62,955 nt of DNA, filler included, from Collodictyon triciliatum (GCA_043381765.1; 18 parts of 17 records of this genome joined end to end with filler, not necessarily neighbours in it); one strand, 5' to 3'; counted from the whole stretch's first letter, positions 37,807-52,085 are shown. Notes: generated by a model from the sequence alone, not told the origin. A program made the numbers and translations.

Positions 37807-38765
37807 NNNNNNNNNNNNNNNNNNNNNNNNNNNNNNNNNNNNNNNNNNNNTTAATTAATTAANNNNNNNNNNNNNNNNNNNNNNNNNNNNNNNNNNNNNN
37901 NNNNNNTTTCTTTTTTCTTTTTTCTTTTTTCTTTTTTCTTTTTTCTTTTTTCTTTTTTCTTTTTTCTTTTTTCTTTTTTCTTTTTTCTTTTTTCTTTTTT
38001 CTTTTTGACCATTCCACAGGGCAGGCGAAACAATTGCACACAGGCCAGAGACCATTTTGATTGACCACGTTGTGTGGAGGTATCATATTCTAATACTGCA
38101 TCCCAGTGTTGCGCATCTTTGCTCTCCACCTACAATAGGACAAGCTGCGCCAGTCAGCCTGCAAAACGGCAAACGTCAAAAACCAAAAAAAAAAAACGCA
38201 TTAACGCGCAGTGCCAGCTTCAAAAACTCTCCAAAAGTGGAACTAAAGGGAGAAAAGCACGCAGTAGATATTTATGCGACATTGGCGAGATCAACTGAAC
38301 AGACGATGTCCCTTGCGTGATTGGACGAAAGGCACGGAAGAAAAGCACTTCACATCTCGATTCAAAAACCAACTAGAGGAATACTGTGCTTGTGTGGTAT
38401 TAATACCTCTAAATTATATAGGTATTAATACCACAGCTTGGGGGATACCAAACAGAATCTCTGGCTGCTGAGAAGAGTGATGAGAGATTTATTCCCTGCT
38501 CCAGTTTGCGCGGAGGGAAATTTTTTTGCGATGGACACAAAAGCCCACAAAGCAGCATGATCGACCTTGAAGACGCCGAAAAGAAAAGAAAACCGAGAGC
38601 AACTTTATCGCTGGCGAAGTCGCCTGGAAGGAAGTTACAGCATAGTCTTTTCGCATGACCGAACACCAAGTTATTGTTTTTTAAAAAAAAAAAAAAACTG
38701 CGAAGGGTTGCTTTTTTATCATTGGTTTGTTGGAAATAGAACGAAAAGTTTTACATGTAACAGTG

Positions 38766-39945
38766 GAAAATGACGCGGGATTCTCTAGGACAGAGGTGGT
38801 GGACTTATGGCCTCGCACCTTCTCTGGACAGGAAATCGTCTTGCTGTTTGTCAAAGCGGGAAAGGTGAGGTCTCAAACGATGGCCTTCGATTCTCCTATA
38901 AGGGCTCTCGTGGATCCGGCCATCGTGTTGCCCTTGTGTGCGGCGAACAAGTTTGTCTTTGGAGTTCTCAAGAAATCATGTTTCTTTTTCTTTTCCATAT
39001 CTTCTCTTTCTTTTTTCATCGCCAGTATATCTATGACGGATAACACCTTCGGACTATGGCTCTTCTGCTTCATTGTATTATTTAAACATTCTGAATGGCC
39101 ACCCAACGCAACACAGAGCTGGCCAACGAGAGGCTATGGATTCAAATACTTTGAAGTCCGCATCATCAACCGCGGCGACGACGGGTAACTCAAAAACAGG
39201 CCCCATCAACAATCACCTCTAATACCGAATCAGTCATACACAATCGCAAAGGCAGCATCTTTTCTCTATCTCCTGTTCTATTTCGACTGGTGGTTGTCTC
39301 CTGCCCCCAACACTTCAGATTGTACCTTTTTTTTTTTTTATTCCATAGCACCCTCATCACAAAGAATCTCGTATCTCGCGATTGCGAACCAAAAAAAAAA
39401 ACTACTCTTTACCAGCTCGATATCCATCGGCCTTGTGCCGCCAAGTTACGACGTGAACTCGCATCCTGGATGGCGGGCAGACTCCATCGGCTACCACGCA
39501 GACGATGCAGGCATATTCATCGGGGAAGGGTAAGGCGCCCCTGCAGAGAAAAAAAAACCACGATAGCAGCACACCCGAACGACATAGCAACCCCGTATCT
39601 GCTTTGTGATGCCGTGTATGGCATGATTTCCCCCTCCTCACGCGCTCTGTTTCCTCCTGCAGCTCGCACTCGCAAAGCATCCAGCCAGCCTGGGATCGCA
39701 ACAACACCGTCACGGGCTGCGGAATCGACTACCAGAGCGGGCGCGTGTTCTTCACGAGAGACGGAGTTCGTCAGGAAACCACGCTGCCCGTCCCAAATGT
39801 TGCTCGGCTCTTCCCGGCTGTCGGGTTGAATTCTCAGTCCGAGGAGGTTCTGGTCAACTTTGGGGCTGCTCAGTTTGTCTTTGGAGATGCGAATGCCTGG
39901 GTGCTGTATGAGAGGGCGTCTTGTGTGCTGGGCGTGGGCGGCTGA
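38766..39945 (+). CDS. SPRY-domain protein (RanBPM/Ssh4-type SPRY), 3' exons
   Basis: KYFEVRIINRG, ISIGLVP..HPGWRADSIGYHADDAGIF, GCGIDY..VFFTRDG and LFPAVGLNSQSEEVLVNFG. Confidence 0.88.
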
Positions 39946-40154
39946 CTCGTGGATGGCGCTCGTGTAGTAATAAAGTGAGCCGCGTTTTGGTGCGGAGCTG
40001 TATGTCGATATCGCTCGTGAGGCTGAGTCGTGCTGTTACGCAAGGTGAGTTGAGAAGCAGTGGTCGGGACGGATTTTAGTGGGAAGGGCGCGTTTATTGT
40101 TCTGTTGGTGCGCCTGCTCTGTAGTTGGTCCCATGTCGGGTGCAGGCGGCTGTT

Positions 40155-40467
40155 CAGTCTGGTCGTTGGTTAGTAGGGCTGTTAGTTGGGCGCTTAGGGA
40201 GTGGTGTTGAGGGAAAGAGGATCGATGTAGCAATTGGTGTTGTTTGGTCAGAGATCTTGGTGATTAGTACAATCATCATTTTCATAAGTAGCAAATATTT
40301 AGTGACTGTTTCGTCATCCCAGTGCAACATCAAGCATCAGAGCCGGTGGAAGTTTGGGAGTAAAGGAATGAGGGGACTGACCTCCTGAGAATTGATTCGT
40401 GGTTGCTTCGGTGGCGCAGTGGATCGTGTCTTAGGCTCGTCCATGGAGTGGGGTGTCTTTGCTTCAC
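40155..40467 (-). CDS. Probable last two exons of an unknown gene
   Basis: EAKTPHSMDEPK..INSQE|gtcagt...tactaat..aag|ISDQTTP..RPD* is phase-consistent. Confidence 0.35.
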
Positions 40468-41349
40468 TTTTGATTATTGACAATGAAAAGTTCTAGCATT
40501 GGTGCATAGTTTATATATTGCGTTCTGTGGCCAGCCAATTTGAATATTTGAACAGACCACAAGTGCACATTGTAAATTTGAATGAGTAAATGGCTCAGTA
40601 GACATCTGTCTAATAATAGTATACAATCATATATTTTCTTAGTATTATACGGCTACTGTGTTGAATATATATTGATTAACTAGGATTTAAGTATATATTC
40701 CAGAATTATCTTATTCATGTGGAAATTAGCACAAAGCGCATTTGCCATCTTGATGCGAATCTAGAGGAAGAGCAAGCGAGAAAGGGTGGGTGTATCGAAT
40801 CGTAAGCCAGCAAACCCTTGAGTGTGGAAGTAGGGGCGATGGAGACTAGCCCGATAGACCTATGTCCATTGTGCTCATTTCCGACCGGGTTTTTGTCCGC
40901 TGAGGTAAGCGCTATGCAGATGAAAGCTTTCAAAGATTTTTTCCCCCCTTTATTCGGAAGCTTTCAAAGATAATCTTCAGCCTTTTTTCTTTTTCTTTTC
41001 CTTTTTTCTTCTTTCTTTAAGATATTTTGTTCCATTTTACTGTTCATATCTTCATTCTTTTTTTTTTTTAAACTTCTTACGCTCAGTGTTTTTTTTTTCA
41101 AAGTTTATTTGAAAACCAACCCTTATATTTTCCTCTATACGCTTCGTCGCTTCAAAAAAAAAAAAAAAGAAAAAAAAAAAAGTATTTTTTTTTTTTTTTC
41201 CAAAAAAAAATTAAAATTATCCTTTTTAAATTCCTAAGAAAAAAAAAAANNNNNNNNNNNNNNNNNNNNNNNNNNNNNNNNNNNNNNNNNNNNTTAATTA
41301 ATTAANNNNNNNNNNNNNNNNNNNNNNNNNNNNNNNNNNNNNNNNNNNN

Positions 41350-41445
<96 letters not shown>

Positions 41446-41562
41446 TGATTCTTACATTCTTTCATTCTTTTTTTTTTAGGTAGAGAATTCAGAACTTTCA
41501 ACCACTGTTTTTTTCTTTTCAAAGGACCAGGGTTTGATAAAATAATGATGTGTGCCCTGACC

Positions 41563-44290
41563 TGATTCAAAATCATACGATTTTGCCTTTCTCTCAGGAC
41601 TGAATGCCGGTCCAGCAGACATCTTTGATCACACAAATGTTTTCAGTGCTAGCATCATCACATATATCTTAAATCAGCGTCATAATGAATGCGAAGGAAT
41701 TATTATTGCCTCTGCCGTTTCTTTGATACAAGCTGAGCATGTCTGAATCGTATCTAATCTCCTCGTTTCTGCAAGCTCTAGGGTTAAAGAAAAGATTGAT
41801 TGAGCACCAAGAGCGAGACTTTATTATTAGATATTCGAATGTATATGGTATCATGTTGAATATAAATACTTTCTATTGTATATTCTTCGATAGTAAGGCA
41901 ATTATCATCACTTCTTGGCGGCATTCTCATTTGCCAAACAATAACATTTGGCACAGCTGCAACATAAGTATGTCAGTTGCATATAAGCCACTAAAAATCA
42001 CGGATTAAGACGTCTTTAGATGAACTAGAATAATTACTAATATATGATAGAGCCAAAATATAATTAACCTCAGGAAAATTTGATAATAATTGTGTTGTGT
42101 GCTATTATTGAATATGTATGTTGACATACCTTTCATAGATAGAAATGATGCGAGGAATTTTAGCCCTGCATTTACCGGAAAAGTTCCGTTCTTCCAATAT
42201 AACCCAGAGTATATGGCAGCCACAATGATATAAAATGAACTGAAATTTTATTAAAATTTAACAATAAGTTTGAGATAAAAGGCATTCAATTCCAAGAAAA
42301 GTTTTTTCATCGCCTTTGTATTAACATGAAACATCAATATACAGACCAGATTACAACCGTCTGAATACTTTGACTCTTCAAAATTGTGTTAAGCTCATCA
42401 ACTAACTTATTATCCTGCTTGTTTGTAAAACTAAATTTGAGAGACTGGTGGAAGATTATAATGATTCTTTCAAAAATGTTTCAACACCACTTACAAGTTG
42501 CAAAGATCGACTAGTAGGATGGCCGGGAAAATCAGCGAAGCATGAAAAAAAATTCATAAAAAAAGAAGGTACGGTATGATTTTAAATTTCAATTAAAGAG
42601 GTTAAAATCCTTACTATCACAGACACAGTAAATAATAAGAAAAGTAATAATACTGGTCACCTTGCTCTCTTTGCTTTAGCACCTTCTAGCCGATAGTAGA
42701 CCACAAGTAGTGTGACACAAGTGATTAAAAAGCATACCATGAACGGAATGTTTATCAAATACCAGTTATACTGATTTATATCATCATCCTCTGTGGTAAA
42801 ATGGAGACACAACCATCAATATTTTACGTGGTGTGTTATGGTTTGTAAAATATCTTTATAGATAAATCTGAGCTTGCATTAAATTAACCTGTTGACTGAA
42901 CCCAGCATCTGCGAAATATAGAATCTCCGTATTTTTTGGATGCTACCAGTCCGAGTGCGGAAACTCCGCTTATTCCAAGTGAAATTCCATGATAAACAGG
43001 TAACAATGAATTTAAATTCATAAAAGAGAATTGCACAGTCATCCAAAGATCTGTGTCGTAGAAATGCAATAAATGTTTATGTATAGAATAAATTTCCTAA
43101 AACTTTAGGACATGTGTTAATCCATACAAGAAAATAAATAAAACCAAAAGCAATAGCTTCAGACAATAGAAAATAAAAAGAAAAGGGGAGAGTCAATAAA
43201 TAATATTTGGATAGTGAGAAAAAATATAAGCGTTGAATAAAATATGCCCACCGATTGACAGAAAAACGACATAAAGGACAGAACCCAACATAACGAACTG
43301 AGTTATAAGAGAATAAATGGTGCAATCTTTTTCCTAGAGTAGACGGAGCGAAAATCATATTAATATGTATTTGTTGATAATAAAAACTTAAATTGACAGA
43401 TTGACCAAAGATAGTTGAAAGAGGAAAATAAGGACTACAGCTAAGGAGTAAATACGCAGATAAAACATTTTGGCAATCCTGATATACCCCTGATTGGACC
43501 ACATCGAGTATAGTGGTGACTGAAAATATGGCATCACAAGCTATGCTACTCAGCAGTAATATAACGGGAGCAGAAGAGACGTAGTTTGGATTTCTTCCTT
43601 TCTGCCTCATGGATATATAGCTTAAGAGAACATAAACACAACAGAATAGTGACACCAAGGCTCCGTACATATGATAAAACGTCATATCGGTGCCATCGAC
43701 AACTAAATAGTGACAATGGCAGTTATAATGACATATTAGTATCACGATGTTTATGAATTAGCCAATAGAAATAATAATAGAAATAATAATAGAAATAATA
43801 TGAATAATAATAATTATGATAGCAATAGTAATAAAGATAAAATAAAATAATGCCACAAAAAAAGTCCATTTTCAGGTGGTTAATAGGGAGTGATGGAAAA
43901 TTACCTATGCACATGACTGCTGGTGGGATAATAACCATCGCAACAAGGACGAAGTAGATCGGTTTCCATTGATGTCCGTGGATTTCAACCCTACGGCTAC
44001 TATCGCCAGCAGAGATTATACGTTGCCTGTAAATAAAAGAGTGTGAATTTTCTGAACTTTGGTGAAGGAAATCGTGTTCAGGAAAATCCAGTCCTCGGAA
44101 AAATAACAGTCTAGGTAACTTCATTTAAATATGCATATCAATATGTAAATGCTACTAAGCAGATATAATGAAGTAATTGTAAGTCAAAACATGGAATAGT
44201 GAAAAGGGCAGGGGAAAAACAAAACAAAAAAAAGGATAAAAATCACCGTTCAGCTCGCTTTGTGTCGATCGGTTCCTCTTCACTGTCCAT
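41563..44290 (-). CDS. CAR/GCR1-like seven-transmembrane receptor, paralog 1 (3' partial)
   Basis: Consecutive TM exons YGALVSLFCCVYVLLSY, LLLSSIACDAIFS, DLWMTVQFSF..PVYH, YGDSIFRRCWV and YLINIPFMVCFLITCVTLLVVYYRL. Confidence 0.75.
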
Positions 44291-44331
44291 CTAATTTGGT
44301 CCATCAATTTACATCGTCCTTGTTTCGTGTT

Positions 44332-44420
44332 TCTTTTCCTTTTCCTTTTCCTTTTCCTTTTCCTTTTCCTTTTCCTTTTCCTTTTCCTTTTCCTTTTCCT
44401 TTTCCTTTTCCTTTTCCTTT
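44332..44420. repeat. (TTTTCC)n microsatellite
   Basis: Perfect repeat. Confidence 0.95.
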
Positions 44421-44665
44421 TATTGTTTCGTTTTTCTTGTTTCTTTTCCTTTTCCCTTTCTTGTTTGTTTGTTGTTTGTTGTTTGTTGTTTGTTGTTTGT
44501 TGTTTGTTGTTTGTTGTTTGTTGTTTGTTGTTTGTTGTTTGTTGTTTGTTGTTTGTTGTTTGTTGNNNNNNNNNNNNNNNNNNNNNNNNNNNNNNNNNNN
44601 NNNNNNNNNTTAATTAATTAANNNNNNNNNNNNNNNNNNNNNNNNNNNNNNNNNNNNNNNNNNNN

Positions 44666-44669
44666 AGTG

Positions 44670-44760
<91 letters not shown>

Positions 44761-44771
44761 AAGAGAAAGGG

Positions 44772-44808
<37 letters not shown>

Positions 44809-44811
44809 AAG
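44666..44811. repeat. (GTGAAA)n microsatellite
   Basis: Near-perfect repeat. Confidence 0.95.
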
Positions 44812-45138
44812 TAGGAGGGAGAAGAAGAAAAAGTAGAAGAAAACTATAGTAACCTTTCTCATAACTAAAAAGGCATGGGGCAAGTGGAGAATTTAATTGC
44901 CCCAAGGAAAAGAGAAAGAATATATCTTTGTCGAAACTCTGTTTTGTTGTCGTTGGGGCGGTTGTGTGTGCTGTTTGTCTGAACTAAACCTGACATTGAG
45001 CGATCGAGCGCCATTCTTTGGTTCCTTAGATTATGATTTTGCAACACTTCTGCGCCTTTTGTTCAAATACGCGTAGTCAACTTTTTCTTGTTATATGAGA
45101 TCCACGTCGGCCCCAGGAAAAACAAAACCGCACCTGTC

Positions 45139-45218
<80 letters not shown>

Positions 45219-45504
45219 TAATCATTTGTATCATATTTATTTGACATCAATGAGGGCGACAAATGAGTATGTGGAGAGGAATGTGGACTTCTTATGGGAT
45301 TTTATTATTTCGTTTGCTTCACCTTGACTACATTCTTTTACTCTGTCGTCACAGATGGACTCAGCAAAACCAGGAGACCTCTTCTCCCAAGAAGAAAAAC
45401 TCGGGGTAACTGCCATTTCCTTACCGAAAGCTGCTCTCCTTTGAACTTTTTTGCAGGCCTTGTTTTATCCGCAAAACTGTATCTTTAAGATAATCTGCTA
45501 AAGA

Positions 45505-46112
45505 ATGATATTCAAATTGTGTCGTATTCAACGCGCATCCTTTAAGGGCTCTTCTCACGAGATCTGCTTGGATGTGATCCAGTCCCATAGCTCCGATGTT
45601 GAGATCGATATCCCCCCAACAATTCCAAGTGGCACGGAGAACTACTCTATGACAGATGCCATCGGATTATCCTGTCACGATGGCACGCCAAGGTTTGTGG
45701 CTCAACATGTTTTTTTTTTCCCCCGACGTCTTCGTTTGTGTTGGTATTCTCTTTTTGGCCATCTCATCGTTACCGTATTATTTGTCTAAATGCATCTCAT
45801 AATGGTTTCCATTGGCACAAAGACTGATTTGATATCAAAGCAGTTTATTTAGTCTAAAGTGCAATCCATGCATTTGAATCCGTATTCCTTCATGCTGAAA
45901 ATACGATGTAATAGTCGCGAACGCACAATGTCTCAATTACCCCAATCAAATCCGTGGAGGAGCAACCCCTTCACGTGGGACGTGGACAGAGATTCTCTCT
46001 CATTTGTTTCAGAGAGAAAATACAACCCTATTGTGATATTCATGCTGATTTTGTTCATTCCTCCTCTTGTCATCGCAACAAAAGGTATCTAAATTGTGCA
46101 CTGAAGATCCGG

Positions 46113-46160
<48 letters not shown>

Positions 46161-47815
46161 CTTTCTCATATTTCCTTTATACACAAGATTATTTGCGCTT
46201 TAAACTTTGGTTAGCATATTAAAATAACATATTCTGATGATCAAATTTGTATTTTTATTCATTTTTATTTATTAATTATAGACACTGAGGGTGCAGAGGG
46301 AGTCACCTTTTTTTACCTGTACGGATCAATTACTTCGTTGATTATGTGCATGAGGATGCTATGGTCATATGTGAAGATTAAGCGTTCAGGGAAGAATGAC
46401 GTGTCTGTATCCTCTCCGCCAGCCATCCTGCTATTGAGTTCCCTCGCCTGCGATGCACTCTTTGCCCTGATTTCCATTCTCGATTCGCTCTCCAATAAGG
46501 ATGTGTGTAGTCTTTGCTCTTTGAAATACATTTTCCCGATGACTAAGAATATGATTGCCTCGACAGAATCACCACAAATGTAAAGTCATATTTTTATATT
46601 TTGATAGGGGAATGAGTGCATTTTCTACTCATTTGGTGCACAATTCAGCTTATTTGGCTCTATGACTTATTTTGCGCTCCTCTCAGTTGGTATGTTTCAT
46701 ATTTCATTCGGTTGTTTGATTGTTGTTATTTTTGTTATTTTTGTTATTTTTGTTATTTTTGTTATTTTTGTTATTTTTGTTATTTTTGTTATTTTTGTTA
46801 TTTTTGTTATTTTTGTTATTGTTATTTTTGTTATTGTATTATTATATTTTCCTCTTCATTTTATTTTCCATCATGTAATCTTGATCTCGATGTAATTAAA
46901 ATTATGTATTTCACTTTGTCAATATTTTGAACTAATTTTTTTTTTTTTTTTTTTTTTTTCAACAAGACTTTTTTTATTTATTTTTTTTTTTTTTTTTTTT
47001 TTTGCACAACCAGATCTTTTAATGTCTGTAGAATTCTCTTTCATGAACCACGACAAGTTTCTCCCTTGGTACCACAAGATTGCGTTGTCTTGCAGTCTGC
47101 TTTCATCAATTTTGCTGGTTGCAGCGGATTATGCTGGAGAATCCGTGTTCAAGAGATGTTGGGTTAAAGCTACGAGCAGTAATTTTTTAATTGTCCTTTT
47201 TTTCTCTTGTTTTTAGTAATATTTTTTTTGTAAAAAAGTTGTCTAAACTTCACTTCCATCTATTTTTCCCTCCATTTTATGCATACTTGTAGAACTAATA
47301 TGAGATATATGATGTTGGTCTATCCATTATTAATGACCAGATATTCTCATTTTATATTATATGAATATCGTAGACCCAGAGGAGATCAATATCACGAGTT
47401 GGGCTCTTATCAACGGTCCATTTGCTGTATATTGTTTCATCGCCTTGTTAACACTACTGTTGGGGTATTACAGAGCGAATATCGCAGACAGCAAATTCCA
47501 GTTCGTTTTCATTTTCATTTTTCATCGTACTGTATGATTGATTTATAATTTATTACTTTCACTTTTTAAAAGAAGATTTATTGTTGTTGAGAAGTTTAAG
47601 AGTTCCACCTCCTTTTTTTTTTAATGCACTGTCGTAGTTCTGCAAGCACAAAGAATATGGAGGATAAACCTGGAGTGAGTATATAAAAAATTATTTTATA
47701 GTCCTTAGTTAGAATTGAGGTTTATCATGCTCATCTAACATGAATCGTCTACATCCAGAGAGACAAGTTAGTTTCACAACTAAAAGACATTCTCAAGACT
47801 CAAGCCCTACAAACG
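45505..47815 (+). CDS. CAR/GCR1-like seven-transmembrane receptor, paralog 2 (3' partial)
   Basis: YGSITSLIMCMRMLWSY, LLLSSLACDALFA, DLLMSVEFSF..PWYH, AGESVFKRCWV and ALINGPFAVYCFIALLTLLLGYYR are colinear with paralog 1. Confidence 0.75.
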
Positions 47816-48261
47816 TTTACTATTGGGTTTGTTTGGTTCTCTTTTTAATTTCTTCGATGTGGTTACTTTTTTAAAAAAACAAACAATAATAATGAATGAA
47901 TGTATGTATGTATGTATGTATGTATGTATGTATGTATGTATGTATGTATGTATGTATGTATGTATGTATGTATGTATGTATGTATGTATGTATGTATGTA
48001 TGTATGTNNNNNNNNNNNNNNNNNNNNNNNNNNNNNNNNNNNNNNNNNNNNTTAATTAATTAANNNNNNNNNNNNNNNNNNNNNNNNNNNNNNNNNNNNN
48101 NNNNNNNCCACTGTCTCGTCCACAGCTCATTTCTTGTCCTAGAGGCAAAGGCGGTTTCCTCGGCTTTGTTTTCTCTCAATAAACTGTTGAAAAGAAACCA
48201 AAAAAAAAAATGAAATGCACCATATGCATACTTGAGGACCGTATTCACATGAATTAACACA

Positions 48262-49881
48262 GAGAACTCAACGAGCAAAGATTTAACTCAAGAGGGATAA
48301 TCCTGAATAAAGTTCAGGAGCTCCTTCGAATGAAAGGAATGCTAGCTCTGAATATCGAATCCATCGAGAAGAGGATCAAAGATGTAATAAATAACTTCGA
48401 CAAAAAATTATCTAACCTACATAATGAAATATTAAAAAACGAATGAATATTACTTCTAATATCGCCCTCATCTCTGTTGAAGGTTAATATGATTTTCGAA
48501 CAAAAATCAGTCGACCTTGAGCAGTTTGTCAAGGACTTAGAGTCACAAATCGAGCACTTTAAGAAAGAGTCCATGAGAGAAGTATCCGTTTTATCAGTTT
48601 AGTCTGACAGAAACTGATACCAATTGTGTCCAATATAATTGATTTAACACTCTGAATAACTAGCTTGAGTCCCTGAACAAGTCCATACTTGAACCTCTGA
48701 GGAATTCTCAAAAAAATTTTGACAATGAGATGCGCCGAATCCACATCGCCATTCAAACTCTGACAACAATTTTAGAGAAACCCGAGAGCGAACGCTCATC
48801 CGTTCAGATGGGAAACGCACTACGCTTTGCTAACCAAGCCCTTTATAACAAATATGATTCTACTATTAAAATTGTACCGCTAGGGGTCATTTCAAGAGTT
48901 TCAAGATTCATCTTGAATGACCTGAAGAAATTGAATGAATCATTTTCCTTTGGTCTAAATATTTCTCAAATACGGGAATCAAAGGTGATCACAGATAGTT
49001 CCCCAAAAAAATCGCTTCATATCATCAACGCATCAGCTCTGAACATATCAGTGGCACCTAAGGCCAAGTTTAGTTCTTTACATTCAAGTACAAAGATAGA
49101 GAGTCCGTGGGGTGTTTGTGTGCACCCGAAGAATGGTAGCATCTATGTGACGGATGAAGACTTACAAAAAGTCCACATATTCAAAAAGGACCTTAGTCAT
49201 ATTTCATCTCATCACACTGGATTAATTATCTCAAAGAATCTACATGGGCCAATGGGAGTCTCAATCTCCAGCGAAGGTATCATCGCAATTGCAGACTGTG
49301 AAGGCCACTCTGTGAAGCTCTATACCGACGAATGTACCCTCGTCAAAACGATTGGTGGAAGCAAGGGTAGCGAGAATGGACAATTTAATCGACCATACTC
49401 AGTTACTTTCGACAGCGAAGGAAATTTCTATGTTGCAGACTCGGGAAACCTAAGAATTCAGAAGTTCAGCAAGAAGGGAGAGTTTCTCTCCATTATCGGA
49501 AGTGAAAACGAAAGCGGGGGCTCCATCAACTCGCTTGTCAACGGTGTGTGCATCAACGAAGAAGACAAGCTCTTGGTAATGTGTGCTGACTCTGACATAG
49601 TTCGTGTCTTCTCAAAGGATGGACTTTTTGAGAATAGCATCAAGCTGGAAGAACGAACGAGCGTCGAAGCCTGGTCGCATATATTTCGCGCCTCTCCAGG
49701 TGTCTTTGGTATTAGCGAGAACAAGACTGGAAAAATTACCTTCTACAACTACCAAGGTGTAGCCCAGCACCGGATTATCTTGGGTGGTTGTTTGGGTGCC
49801 TGCTTTGGACTTGACGGCACTTTCTACGCCACGAGCCTATCACAAAAATCGATATTCGCTTTCTTTTCTACACCGAAATAA
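48262..49881 (+). CDS. Coiled-coil + NHL-repeat beta-propeller protein (TRIM-NHL-like), 5' partial
   Basis: NHL repeats PWGVCV, PMGVSIS and GQFNRPYSVTFDSEGNFYVADSGNLRIQKF. Introns 48384-48482 and 48582-48663 join upstream coiled-coil exons in frame. Confidence 0.88.
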
Positions 49882-51610
49882 TTTTAATACATTCCGAACA
49901 GTTTTTATCCTTCCCAAAATTTATTTTGATTATCAGAGGATAGAAAATTGAGTGTGGTCCTTCAGAAGGAATGCTACACTTCTCATGAAATATATCATGA
50001 ATAAAAATCGGAAAGTATTGTCATCTTTTTCTCTGTCTTAAGTTTTATAAAAAAAGGACAAACTTGCCCTGCAGTCATTTAAGCGCTATCGACAATTTTT
50101 CTGATTTATCATATTCTTATTTTTTTAAAAAGGAAATATATTAATCGTTTATACCATTTCATCATAACACGGAAACAGGCAATCACTAGCTGTGATTTGA
50201 AAAATAGATAGCCCATCAAATTTTACCCACGATTTTATCACAAATCGATTCTTGAGCAATATTTAACCGATTCATTTGAGGAAGCAACTATCTTTACCAT
50301 ATAGTGGTAGTCTGGATAGGCGTTGGGCTACTGTCGCTTGGAGTCTAAATATTGCATGGATTGATTAAATTTTCATTCGCAACCGCGAAAAGAAGGACAG
50401 GGGATATGATTTATTCAGAGGTTATAGTATATACACCAAACCGCTTTTTTTTCCATAAAATCACCTTATGTTTATATTTTCGATATAGCACCTCTCTTCT
50501 TACCTGCATCTTCGCAAATAACTTTTTTTTTAAAATGCGCACTGTTGCAGCATTTGATGAAATACCATTCGTGTATCTTATGTTTCAGGTCAACCTTAAT
50601 ACGCTACTGGCACAAAGCCTATCATTATGATTATCCGATGTTTCGTTTCTATAATTCAATGATTAAATCTGTCGCTATATTTTCTGCACCGCATAAAAAA
50701 AAATTAAAATAATCATCACCTTACCCGATTCTGCATTTTTTAGGATTAAATGTAAATAAAACAACATTCGTGGAATTCGCTTGCCTTTGATATTGAGTAG
50801 AGCTTTTGCGACAAACGTATCAATTGCCAAAGAAAAAAAAATGACATGGTACCTGAAGCCGGCGATGTGTGATTCACAAACGGAACGGGTGAGTGTCTCT
50901 AGAGCAAATTATCCTTGTAGAACACCATGGGCTAACGTCATACAAACAGTTTTTCACACGCCATGTGGTCACACCTGCAATACGCTGAAAGTTACTCAAT
51001 TAGCTTTAGTGGTATGTTATTCATATGCAACCCTATATTCTTGAATTCTGTGTGCTATCTCACAAAGCACAAACTGCTCAAAACTGCAAACGTGAAACTT
51101 CCATTTTTTGATATTGACATATGCGGCAAACATGTCACAATCCTGCAATGCGATCAGTTTTTTTCTTTTTCCAAACTTTGAACACCACACACTCTGAAAA
51201 CCGCGCGCGTACACCGGCAACCAAACAAACTGCGCCATTTCCAATGAACCTAGCTTTCCTTTCTTTTGCTGCGCCCGCTGGCCTGGAATCGGACACACTC
51301 GATGATGAATGTCACGATATTTTCATACGAGTGGCTTCAAAAAAACAAAAAAACAATCAAAAAAACAAAAAAAAAAACAATCAAAAAAACAATCAAAAAA
51401 ACAATCAAAAAAACAATCAAAAAAACAATCAAAAAAACAATCAAAAANNNNNNNNNNNNNNNNNNNNNNNNNNNNNNNNNNNNNNNNNNNNTTAATTAAT
51501 TAANNNNNNNNNNNNNNNNNNNNNNNNNNNNNNNNNNNNNNNNNNNNAAAATGTTTATTTTCCATAGCAGAATTTTTACACGATGTACAAAAAATACATA
51601 CGCGATAGAT

Positions 51611-51640
51611 ATATTTTCCCCAAAATTTTGGGGTAAGTAT
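51611..51640. terminator. Palindromic hairpin downstream of the 130-aa ORF
   Basis: Perfect CCCCAAAATTTTGGGG (51618-51633) with imperfect extension. The terminator role is inferred. Confidence 0.35.
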
Positions 51641-51692
51641 ATAAAAAAATGGGCCAGTCTTCAACTCTTTTTTTTTAATTAGGTTGGTCCGT

Positions 51693-52085
51693 TTATTGTT
51701 CGTGACGGCGGATGAGATAGCAGAGCAGAGCAGTCATCAACGGCATAAGTTTTTCTCTTCCAAAAGCCAAAGACTCCTCGTTGTAAGCATGCTGAGGATT
51801 CATCACACACCATAAACAACTATTTGTAACCTCCATATGCTCCTTGATATTAACCTCAGTAATACTGTATCTCAGAATTGCATTGTACACATCCATTGCC
51901 GATGTCAGGTATGGTTGGTGATAATTCGAATTTACGCATGTAAGAGTTTCTGCACCTTTCCAAACAACCACTATATTTTTCACGTCCGAACTTTTAAATT
52001 TAATTCTCACATCACATGGTCTCATCCCGTCATGAGTTACAATTTTCATAATGTAGTCAGCAGTGTCGTAAGTCTCAGTTGTCAT
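51693..52085 (-). CDS. Hypothetical protein, 130 aa, intronless
   Basis: Clean ORF divergent from the HNH gene across a 40-bp spacer. No family recognised. Confidence 0.7.
   Translation of the reverse strand: MTTETYDTADYIMKIVTHDGMRPCDVRIKFKSSDVKNIVVVWKGAETLTCVNSNYHQPYLTSAMDVYNAILRYSITEVNIKEHMEVTNSCLWCVMNPQHAYNEESLAFGREKLMPLMTALLCYLIRRHEQ

Noticed and set aside
44290-45505. Divergent GPCR gene pair sharing a promoter
   Set aside because: The two genes are separated by an artificial spacer, so linkage is unsupported.
48384-48482. In-frame TGA suggesting stop-codon reassignment in the NHL gene
   Set aside because: It lies in a 99-nt GT-AG intron; genes elsewhere in the window end in TGA or TAA normally.
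48582-48663. U12-type intron (GTATCC donor)
   Set aside because: The donor is GTATCCGT rather than GTATCCTT, and there is no TCCTTRAC branch site.
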